DNA from: a virus
Lineage: Duplodnaviria > Caudoviricetes
Strand: one strand, 5' to 3'
DNA: 64,000 bases
IMG/VR virus record: IMGVR_UViG_3300024270_000002
The notes beneath the pieces are model-generated. The model saw nothing but the letters and a program-made list of their open reading frames with translations. It was not told the DNA's origin and did not search any database. Both the position numbers and the translations under genes were made by a program. Positions 8,814 through 16,958 of the stretch are shown here, one piece after another. The stretch's first letter is position 1. Each line of letters starts with the position of its first letter.

Positions 8814-9923
8814 ATGATTTATACTTATCAAAAACGCTTGAAAGGAAAAAAGGTAGGAGTTGTTTTCGGAACCTTTGCTCCACTGCATCAAGGACACCTC
8901 GATGTTATTATGCGAGCTAAGAAAGAATGCGACGGAGGATGTGTCGTTATCGTAGACGGTAGAGAAGGTGATAGAGGCGGAGAGCTTATGCCTCTTAAGC
9001 TTCGTTATCGTTATGTAAGAGAATTCTTTGCTGATGATGATCTCGTGGCTGTTTATCCTATTGATGAAACTGAGCTTGGCATTGAAGCCTATCCGAATGG
9101 CTGGGACAAGTTCATCGATAAAGTCGAAGAAATTCTTGGTCGCGCAGCTACTCTTTGTGATTCTGTGTTTTATGTAAGCGAAGAAGAATACGCAACGCAT
9201 CTTGAGAGCCTTGGATACGAAGTAGTAAAGCTCGACAGAACGCTTAATCCTATTTCGGCAACAATGATCAGACAGAATCCTATTAAGTACTGGGATAAAA
9301 TTACTTTTCCTTTTAGAAGAGTATTCAGTACTAATATTCTTATTTGCGGCACAGCGAGTGAGGGAAAGACAACCTTGGTAAAAGACCTTGGTAAATATTT
9401 CAATGCACCATACTCGCATGAGTACGCCAGAGATTATATGAAAGAGAGTTCTATTTCTGAGTGGGAACTTGATGGAGCAGACTATCTTGCCTTTCTCGAT
9501 GGTCAGTATCAGATGAATAAGAAACTTATTAACTCGCCGAGCAATCAGGGAATCTTTTTCGCTGACTCTGACAGCATGACAACTCGTATGTATGCTGAGT
9601 ACTATCACAAAGATCCCGAGCTTGATCTCACAGAAGAAGAGTTTAAAGATATTGCTGTTGCTGCAGACGCTATTACTAAGAAGTGTCGTTGGGATAAGAT
9701 TTATCTGCTCTGTCCTCACGGAACATTTGTAGACGATCATACTCGCTATATGGCTTTTAGCGGTGATGCTGAAAGACAAGAGCTCTTTACTATTCTTTGT
9801 AATAATATTAAAGCCTCAGGAAATTGGGATAAGGTAGTTATTCTTGACGGCGGATATTATAATAACTTTAAGAAAATTGTTGATGATGTAAAGGAGATTA
9901 TTGAAAATGGTAAGATGGCTTAA
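8814..9923 (+). CDS. nadR: NadR-like bifunctional NMN adenylyltransferase / ribosylnicotinamide kinase (no HTH)
   Basis: GTFAPLHQGH (HxGH), ISATMIR, Walker A GTASEGKT and EYAR motifs; adjacent to pnuC. Confidence 0.92.
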   Translation: MIYTYQKRLKGKKVGVVFGTFAPLHQGHLDVIMRAKKECDGGCVVIVDGREGDRGGELMPLKLRYRYVREFFADDDLVAVYPIDETELGIEAYPNGWDKFIDKVEEILGRAATLCDSVFYVSEEEYATHLESLGYEVVKLDRTLNPISATMIRQNPIKYWDKITFPFRRVFSTNILICGTASEGKTTLVKDLGKYFNAPYSHEYARDYMKESSISEWELDGADYLAFLDGQYQMNKKLINSPSNQGIFFADSDSMTTRMYAEYYHKDPELDLTEEEFKDIAVAADAITKKCRWDKIYLLCPHGTFVDDHTRYMAFSGDAERQELFTILCNNIKASGNWDKVVILDGGYYNNFKKIVDDVKEIIENGKMA

Positions 9924-10590
9924 GAATGAATTTTGGAACGGTTACAGCACTTTTGAGAAAATCTTTTTTGCTTCTCTGATTTTGCTTCAGGTAATTATGT
10001 ATTTCATTGTGCCTGACTCTGCTATCGGAATTGTCTGCGGACTCGCCGGCGTTGTCTGCGTCGCCCTTACCGCAAAAGGAAAGATTTCTTCGTACATCTT
10101 TAACTTCATTCAGATGATTACTTATATGATTATCTGTTGGGACTTCGCCCTTTACCTTGAGTTTGGTGAGCAGGTATTCTACTTTATCGTTTGTATCTTC
10201 GGTGTATTTATGTGGAAGAAGAATATGACTAAGAATGAAGACGGTTCTGAACAGGTTAAGGCAAAGAAGTTTAAACTTTGGCAGTGGCTTGTGTCTGCTG
10301 GTGTAGTTGCTCTTAGTACCTTCTTGCTCGGCTACTTTGGTGATGCAGTTCTTGGAAGTACTCTTCCTTATCTTGATGCTATGACTGTTGCTCTCGCTGT
10401 TATTGCCCAGCTTCTTATGGTTTGGAGATATAGAGAGCAGTGGGCTTGTTGGATTCTTATTGACGTAGTAAGTTTGATTATGTTTATTATTCTCAGTCAG
10501 TGGTCTATGGTAGCTATGTATATTGCTTGGACTGCTAATGCTTTCTATGGTTGGTATAACTGGAGCAAACTTGAGAAGGTTGCTAACTAA
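9907..10590 (+). CDS. pnuC: Nicotinamide riboside transporter PnuC
   Basis: Multi-TM protein with PYLDA...AQLLMVWRYREQWACWI...YGWYNW motifs; overlaps nadR. Confidence 0.92.
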   Translation: MVRWLKNEFWNGYSTFEKIFFASLILLQVIMYFIVPDSAIGIVCGLAGVVCVALTAKGKISSYIFNFIQMITYMIICWDFALYLEFGEQVFYFIVCIFGVFMWKKNMTKNEDGSEQVKAKKFKLWQWLVSAGVVALSTFLLGYFGDAVLGSTLPYLDAMTVALAVIAQLLMVWRYREQWACWILIDVVSLIMFIILSQWSMVAMYIAWTANAFYGWYNWSKLEKVAN

Positions 10591-10646
10591 TTAAAGAACA
10601 ATATAAAGAACAATACTAGACAAAAAGTTTAGTATTGTTCTTTTTT
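10588..10646 (+). terminator. Terminator; copy 2 of the direct repeat flanking nadR-pnuC
   Basis: aaagaacaatac...gtattgttctttttt. Confidence 0.75.
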
Positions 10647-10677
10647 ATCTATATTCATATTGTATTATTATATGTAC

Positions 10678-11232
10678 TTATGATAATTCTTGAATCTTTT
10701 TAATGGCTAAAGTGGCGAGTCTTTCTTTATCTGACTTACGATTTGAGTATCGAACAAAAGATCGCAAAACTGCGTAAAGATCTGTCATAGGACTTATCTC
10801 CGCCTCAAACTTCTTTAAGTTAGCATTTACTTCATCTAACTTTGCGCGGCTTTCTACAAACTTACGTTGTATAAGCTCTTCTACCTTGACCTCATATGCG
10901 AGTCCATCAGTTATTTTGTAAATAGGTACTGTGGACTTTGCTTTTTGAGATAGGAAAGAAAACTTAGCGGTTTCATTTTCAATGCTAATTCTGTAATGAC
11001 TGTTGCTGCGATTACTTGTAATTCCTGTCGTTTGAAGTATTATCTTGCCGGTTATTGTAGTACAGTCGCCATCGTCTAAATAGATACTGCCTCCATTTTC
11101 GAGAGCTTGCTTAATTAAAGTCTGCTTATAATTTTCTGCGTCTACTTTGTCTAAGTAAGATAAACTTATAAACAACTCGCAAGTAGATTTGTCAGAAAGC
11201 TTTGCTTGTTGATAAATAGTACAATAGAACAT
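10678..11232 (-). CDS. Hypothetical protein, the only credible minus-strand gene, with its own sigmaA promoter
   Basis: GGAGG RBS before ATG 11232; TTTACA(11295-11290)-N17-TATGAT(11272-11267) on the minus strand. Confidence 0.8.
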   Translation of the reverse strand: MFYCTIYQQAKLSDKSTCELFISLSYLDKVDAENYKQTLIKQALENGGSIYLDDGDCTTITGKIILQTTGITSNRSNSHYRISIENETAKFSFLSQKAKSTVPIYKITDGLAYEVKVEELIQRKFVESRAKLDEVNANLKKFEAEISPMTDLYAVLRSFVRYSNRKSDKERLATLAIKKIQELS

Positions 11233-11378
11233 ATGTAATCCTCCTTTTAATTTTTTATTTATTCTTATCATATCATAGAAGATTTGTTTTGTAAACAGCT
11301 AATTTTTATTTTTTGGTAATTCTTCTGCTCGCCGTATTGTATTATAAAATATAAAGTTTATTTAGGAGGACTTGGATA

Positions 11379-12422
11379 ATGGCAAATACTATAGATGAAC
11401 TGTTTAACGACCTTGTAATGAAAATTGCAAGTGATGCTACAAAAGCCGATAAGGAAACCATTGAAAGACTTGCTAAAGAAAATGTTGACCTTAAGAAAGC
11501 AAATGTTTTATTAACTAAGGCGGCAAATAGAGTTGCAGCTGCCGATGATAATTATACACTCTTTAATTTTCTTATGAACAGAATTAAGAGAAATATTGAA
11601 GGCCTTGACGGAGAAGAGAAAGCTAAAGCTGTTTATGATTTTCTTGATTGCTTCTTTGAAAGAGATTTTATAGAAAATACTTATGAGGCCCCTCTATGGC
11701 TAGGTTGTGGTACTCTTTATTATAATAACAGAAAAGAAGTCTTTGCAATTTTGAGAGCTCTTGGCTTTACGCTTCCTGAAGGCATTGAAAACTTTAGACT
11801 GCCGCATGACTGGACCGAAGATGAACTTGATGAAGTCTTTGAGCACATGTCAAACCATGTAAACTGTAACAGTTGCTATTTCAGAGATAATCTCAGATAC
11901 TGGAAGCCTAACGCTCTTGACGACCCAATTAAAGTCTGTAGCCAATCTTTTACTGAAATCCCGTGGCAGTTCCTGCTTAGAAATCCTCTGCTTAAGAAAG
12001 AAAAGTACTTGAAGGAAATCGGTAGAATGTTTTGTGTGCCTAACGGAAAGTACCACGCTTACCAGTGGTATCACTTTGCAAAGATTACTGAATATCTGGA
12101 ATTAACAGCTGAAGAAATTAAACTTATTATCGATAACATTGATTATTCTCATTACAATAATAAGGACGAGGACTTGAAGAGATTCTTATTAAATAACGTT
12201 AACCTTATCGATAATGAAGTTTTCTTGGATATACTTTATACATATAACAAAGGTTCTTATGATTTTAAGTATACCAACACAATTCTTAAAATGCCTCGTA
12301 GATATGTAAAGTATTATATGAGAGATACTCATGATCTTGAGTGGCTTAAGAAGAATAGTGATAAGTTCACTAAAGAACAGATTACCGAACTTACTTTGGT
12401 TGCTCTTGGCGTTGAGGAGTAA
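11379..12422 (+). CDS. Hypothetical protein
   Basis: 347 aa; AGGAGG RBS. Confidence 0.75.
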   Translation: MANTIDELFNDLVMKIASDATKADKETIERLAKENVDLKKANVLLTKAANRVAAADDNYTLFNFLMNRIKRNIEGLDGEEKAKAVYDFLDCFFERDFIENTYEAPLWLGCGTLYYNNRKEVFAILRALGFTLPEGIENFRLPHDWTEDELDEVFEHMSNHVNCNSCYFRDNLRYWKPNALDDPIKVCSQSFTEIPWQFLLRNPLLKKEKYLKEIGRMFCVPNGKYHAYQWYHFAKITEYLELTAEEIKLIIDNIDYSHYNNKDEDLKRFLLNNVNLIDNEVFLDILYTYNKGSYDFKYTNTILKMPRRYVKYYMRDTHDLEWLKKNSDKFTKEQITELTLVALGVEE

Positions 12423-12437
12423 TAAGGAGGCTGTGTT

Positions 12438-12854
12438 ATGAGAAAAGAATGGTTTGAAAAGCTTAGTGAAATTGATAAAGCTAATGAAACTATAATCGGC
12501 ATTCAGGAGCTGAGGCCTTATATCTACAATAGAACCCTGTTGTATGGCTATACTTGTGAACGAGAAACTTTTCACGTTTACTTAAAAGACCAAAAGACTT
12601 ATACAGTAGTTTATAAAACAGACTACTCACGAGGAGCTCCGATGCCTAAGAATATGCGGCAAATTGAAGTAAATTCAAATAGAGACTTTGTTCCCGATAA
12701 AAGACTTTATCCTGAAAGATGTGATTATCACTTCTGTCGAGCTCTTAAAGAAAGAGGAATTGATCTTCCTTTTACTCACTGGAGTGAAGAGATTGAGCCA
12801 AACGAAAAAGGCTATTGTGGCTTTACCTTAGAAGATATAGGAGATATACAATGA
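12438..12854 (+). CDS. Hypothetical protein
   Basis: AAGGAGG RBS. Confidence 0.7.
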   Translation: MRKEWFEKLSEIDKANETIIGIQELRPYIYNRTLLYGYTCERETFHVYLKDQKTYTVVYKTDYSRGAPMPKNMRQIEVNSNRDFVPDKRLYPERCDYHFCRALKERGIDLPFTHWSEEIEPNEKGYCGFTLEDIGDIQ

Positions 12855-13147
12855 AAACAAAACAAACGTATAATCCATGCGACGATTGCCAGTATTCTTA
12901 CTCTAAAAACGGTCAAGAAAGCGGAATGTGTAAAATCTGCGAATTTACTTATTTCAGAAATCGGGTACCAAAAGAAGGAAAGTGGCAGGTTGCTGATACA
13001 CTGCGTAAAGACGACGACGGTATTACTTGGAGTAGATACAGCTGTTCAGAATGTAAGTGTACAACAGAAGCTTATTATAGTGACCCACTAGATATTAGTA
13101 GGTTCTGTCCTAATTGCGGAGCGAAAATGAATGGAGGAAATAATTAA
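12851..13147 (+). CDS. Small Zn-ribbon protein (CSxC...FCPNCGAKM family)
   Basis: C-terminal module shared with 37670, 53078, 53928 and 54379. Confidence 0.7.
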   Translation: MKTKQTYNPCDDCQYSYSKNGQESGMCKICEFTYFRNRVPKEGKWQVADTLRKDDDGITWSRYSCSECKCTTEAYYSDPLDISRFCPNCGAKMNGGNN

Positions 13148-13294
13148 ATGGATAGATATGATTTTATGTCAATGGTTGACGATATTTTTAAAGAGTGCGA
13201 CTCTGTAGAAGACATAGCCAACAGATATATACAAATGAAAAAAGATTTAGATAGTCTGTTCCAACAAAATATTGCATTGAAGGGCGGATACTAA
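13148..13294 (+). CDS. 48-aa hypothetical protein, not in the ORF track
   Basis: GGAGG RBS; fills the gap between its neighbours. Confidence 0.6.
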   Translation: MDRYDFMSMVDDIFKECDSVEDIANRYIQMKKDLDSLFQQNIALKGGY

Positions 13295-13295
13295 T

Positions 13296-13679
13296 ATGGA
13301 TCATGTAAATATTATTTCTAAAGAAGCTATTACAATGATGGCACCTTGGATAAGTAATGTTATTTGTATCTTCGGATTTTCTATGATTATCTTTCTTATT
13401 GGCTGTTTAGCCTATTCTTCACTCAGTCACAATAAGAAGCTTTCTAATGAAAAGCTATTGAAAGTAATTCTTTGGACAGGCACTGTCGGCTTGTGTACAC
13501 TTCTTATTCTTGGGCTTATTGCTGGTATTTTCTTCAGAGTTCCTAGTGGAAGATATAAATACACAGCAACTATAGATGAAGAAAATATGACAGTAGCAGA
13601 GTATAACGAATTTATGAAGGCTTATAGTCACAGCTACTGTAAAGACGGAATTTATTATTTCGAGGACTGGGCTGAATAA
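13296..13679 (+). CDS. Two-TM membrane protein
   Basis: Two hydrophobic stretches. Confidence 0.7.
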   Translation: MDHVNIISKEAITMMAPWISNVICIFGFSMIIFLIGCLAYSSLSHNKKLSNEKLLKVILWTGTVGLCTLLILGLIAGIFFRVPSGRYKYTATIDEENMTVAEYNEFMKAYSHSYCKDGIYYFEDWAE

Positions 13680-13682
13680 GGT

Positions 13683-13922
13683 ATGGAAAATAATAATAAA
13701 CTTTGGTGTGAAGAATATAAGGACTACTACGGAAATTCTGATCAACAATACGGAGGCATACTAACAGATTTATATACACTTCCAGTAGGAACAAAATTTT
13801 CTGTCGCAAACGGTTGGTGGGAAGGAGAAAAACTAGAAGATGAGTATATCCTAGTTCACGCTCCAACCGGAGACAGAAGAGTAAAACTAACCGAGGAATA
13901 TCATTCCCTGTATCTACAATAA
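13683..13922 (+). CDS. Hypothetical protein
   Basis: Operon-coupled ORF followed by a terminator at about 13930-13962. Confidence 0.65.
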   Translation: MENNNKLWCEEYKDYYGNSDQQYGGILTDLYTLPVGTKFSVANGWWEGEKLEDEYILVHAPTGDRRVKLTEEYHSLYLQ

Positions 13923-14104
13923 TCCTATAAGACTATATCCGTAAGATATAGTCTTTCTCTTTTCTGCCGGCATGAAAAATATTAATTACAGATTTTACGT
14001 TTTTATTATATATAAATATATAGAAAATATATTATTACAATACTTTAAAAACGAAATAGACGTTTTTATTGATTAAGCTCTCAACTTTTAGTATATAGAT
14101 AATA

Positions 14105-14167
14105 TATCATATATGATAAATAAACTATCACTTTCTTCCTTAACCTATCATATTTGATAAATTATCA
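14105..14167. promoter_or_regulatory. Paired palindromic operator-like sites TATCATATATGATA / TATCATATTTGATA
   Basis: 14105-14118 and 14146-14159, plus an overlapping TGATAAATTATCA. Confidence 0.45.
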
Positions 14168-14326
14168 AGTTATTAAAATAATAAATTAAGTTAAAATATT
14201 TACGCTAAATTAATTGAATGGGAAAATAGAGTTGCGAGAAGTAGACTCTAAAATAAATAATAAAATTTTTTAGAGCTTCTGAGAATACGGACTTTCTCGG
14301 AGGCTTCCTTAATATAAGGAGAATAT

Positions 14327-15193
14327 ATGAGACTAAGAGAATGGCAAGATGCTAACGGAAAGAAAGTAAATACAGGTTCTTCTGCTCCGGTACAGAGTAC
14401 TTCAGGAACCTCTTCCGGCAGCTTTAAGAAAAGATTAGATAAATTAGTAACTTACTACGGACAACATCTTCCTGCAGGAATAGATTATATAGATGTTACA
14501 CTGCTTACTCCCGACACCTTAGTATTTACCGAGCACTACGACACAGGCTCTAAGGCAGTCTGTAGAATCTATATAGGTGCTACTACGGAAGCTTGGAGCT
14601 TTAGAGTGTCTGTAGACGGAAAGCCTACTGACGACCTTTCTGGTATGGGTTGGACAGAACTTCTAAAAACTCTTCGAGCTTATATAACTGTTCCGGTAGT
14701 AAGTACTCCAGAGTATAAGAGTTTACTTACTGAGTGGGTCGACTCTAAAGGAAATAAAATTTCTAAAGTTTCGCAGCCGGCTTCAAGTAGTTCTTCTACT
14801 CCTTCTAAAACTAATAAAGAAAAGTTTACTGATTTGATCGATTACATGATGAAACATAAAAGTTCTTTGGTAACTAAGGCAGAGATCATTAGATTAGACG
14901 ACGGTGGTTTTACTTATAAAGAACAGTGGCATAGTCCTTCTGCTGGACAAGATTATATTTTAACTTTATTAGTAGGCTATAGTAGATTTAATTCTTCTTG
15001 GCGATATGAACTTTATATGGATACTTCTTTAATTAAGGAAGCTCAAGGTTCCGGCTGGGAAGACCTACTTGAAGAACTTGAGAAATACTTCCATGTTCCT
15101 AAGGCGTGCATGAAAGAGTATAAAGATTTATGTGAGTCTCTTTCTATAGCCGATGACTTTAAGCTCTATGAAAACTTATGGGAGAGTATATGA
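14327..15193 (+). CDS. Putative internal head protein with two homologous domains, each preceded by L-x-E
   Basis: LRE|WQDANGKKV...GWTELL and LTE|WVDSKGNKI...GWEDLL; GCTAAATTA upstream. Confidence 0.6.
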   Translation: MRLREWQDANGKKVNTGSSAPVQSTSGTSSGSFKKRLDKLVTYYGQHLPAGIDYIDVTLLTPDTLVFTEHYDTGSKAVCRIYIGATTEAWSFRVSVDGKPTDDLSGMGWTELLKTLRAYITVPVVSTPEYKSLLTEWVDSKGNKISKVSQPASSSSSTPSKTNKEKFTDLIDYMMKHKSSLVTKAEIIRLDDGGFTYKEQWHSPSAGQDYILTLLVGYSRFNSSWRYELYMDTSLIKEAQGSGWEDLLEELEKYFHVPKACMKEYKDLCESLSIADDFKLYENLWESI

Positions 15194-15194
15194 T

Positions 15195-15734
15195 ATGAAT
15201 TTACTAAATGCCTTCGGGCTTCTTAATATGATAAATGAAAATCTTGATGGTTATCAGGAAGAATATAAGAACTATGTTATAGAACATAAAGAAAGAGTTA
15301 CTCAATTTTCTTCTTGGCTCCAGAAAGAATGTCCAGACCTTTTTGAGAATATAGATATAGAAGATTTTAATTCTCTTATAGCTGAGCACGACGAATCTAA
15401 ATTTTCTGAAGAAGAGTTCGAACCCTACGCTCAGAAGTGGTACGGCGACGGTAAAGAGACAAGAGAGTACGAGGCAGCTTGGGAACATCATTATATGAAT
15501 AATGAACATCACCCTGAGTACTGGGCCGGAGAAGATATGCCTTATATCTATATATTAGAAATGATTTGTGACTGGGGTTCCTTCTCTATAGCTTCAGGAG
15601 ATATGAAAGAACTTTCTGACTTTTATTTTAATAAAGCTAAAGCAGACCCAGAGAAAAATCTTTCTGAAGCCACTCAGGAAATTATAGAAGACATACTTTC
15701 TCGTATTGATTCCGTTCTCGCCGACGAAGAATAA
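15195..15734 (+). CDS. HD-superfamily (DUF5662-like) phosphohydrolase
   Basis: HK...HDESK...HHYxNNEHHPEYW...EMICDW motifs; N-terminal MINE. Confidence 0.7.
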   Translation: MNLLNAFGLLNMINENLDGYQEEYKNYVIEHKERVTQFSSWLQKECPDLFENIDIEDFNSLIAEHDESKFSEEEFEPYAQKWYGDGKETREYEAAWEHHYMNNEHHPEYWAGEDMPYIYILEMICDWGSFSIASGDMKELSDFYFNKAKADPEKNLSEATQEIIEDILSRIDSVLADEE

Positions 15735-16628
15735 AAAATAAAGACCTTCTTTTTAGTAGGTCTTTTTATAATAGTTCTAAAACTCTTTCTGTCGCCCTTT
15801 ATACTCTTTAGTATATAAGTTTATTGCTGCCGGTCTCTAAACGCGACAGAAAGAGAATTTGAGCTGCCTGAGCTGGTTCCGATAGCTCGACAGCTTCTTT
15901 TATATTATAACCGAAAATATCAATATTTATTCTGGCTCAATTTAAGGCACCTATTTCGCTTTTAATAGCCTTAGATATATAAGTACTAGGCCCTAGGTAT
16001 AAAAGCTCGATACAGTAGATTCTGGAGCCGCCTGTTAAGCTTTTGCTGTCCTGACCAGGCCTGTAATTAAAAAGTTTACGAAATATTCACAATTTCGTTA
16101 TTAAATTATTAACTTAATAAATTAATAGATAGTTAAATTTTTAACAAGCCCTAATAAAATAATATATTTTTTTCTAAAAATTTTTCATTAATTTATTAAA
16201 TTACTAAAGTTTATACTGTATTATATATTGTATATAACTATATATAAATAAAAAATACTATATAAATATACTTTATTGTATATCTATATAGCTCCCGAGA
16301 AATTTCTATATATTTTTAGCTACATACTTCTGCTTTCCTGAAGGTATAGTGGTAGCTAAAAATATATATTATAATATATTATATATATTTAAATACTTAT
16401 TTTATTTAACTTTACAATCAGCTTGCTGATTGTCTACGTTTCGAAAACCTAACGGTTTTCTCAACGTATTGAGTATCTAAGAAGTATTTTCAAATAAACT
16501 TATAAACTTATTAAGTTTAGCAGATTATTTTAATTAAAAAAATATTTTTTTAGAAAAATTATAAATTTATCGGCCGAGGAGGCCCAGCAACATTTGCGAA
16601 CATATTATATCAAGGAGCTAAAATTTAA
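15735..16628. other. About 0.9-kb AT-rich non-coding region with multiple inverted repeats; candidate replication origin or control region
   Basis: 13-bp IR ctctttctgtcgc/gcgacagaaagag; 17-bp IR tatatatttttagctac/gtagctaaaaatatata; very AT-rich core; next to the helicase operon. Confidence 0.45.
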
Positions 16629-16934
16629 ATGAAAACATTAGTTGCACATAAAACCCCTATAATTAGATGCCCACACTGTGGTGCAGAATATCTTCCTGGA
16701 GAAGTCTACATGCCTGGCTCTCTTATTGGTCAGCCGGAGGATCTTGTTAAGGACTCTTTGGGTAAAGTTATTTACGAGGATTACCGTGATGGTAAGGAGC
16801 CGGACATGATAGAGCATTTTACATGTGAATACTGTGATAAGCCTTTTATAGTAGAAGCTACTATTACATATAAGTCTAGAGAAGAAGCACCTGAGAACGA
16901 TTTTAGTACTCAGTACGTTTCGTTGCTCGACTAA
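16629..16934 (+). CDS. Zn-finger hypothetical protein
   Basis: CPHC...CEYC; AAGGAG RBS. Confidence 0.7.
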   Translation: MKTLVAHKTPIIRCPHCGAEYLPGEVYMPGSLIGQPEDLVKDSLGKVIYEDYRDGKEPDMIEHFTCEYCDKPFIVEATITYKSREEAPENDFSTQYVSLLD

Positions 16935-16958
16935 AAGGTAATTTAGGAGATTTCATAA

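Noticed and set aside
8757-9779. 340-aa minus-strand ORF, and the many other antisense ORFs in the track
   Set aside because: These are shadows of well-supported + strand genes such as nadR, with no RBS, promoter or recognisable motifs.
16130-16147. Rex operator-like TAGTTAAATTTTTAACAA
   Set aside because: It is one mismatch from the clostridial consensus but lies in an almost pure AT stretch, far from nadR and nrdD, so it is likely chance.
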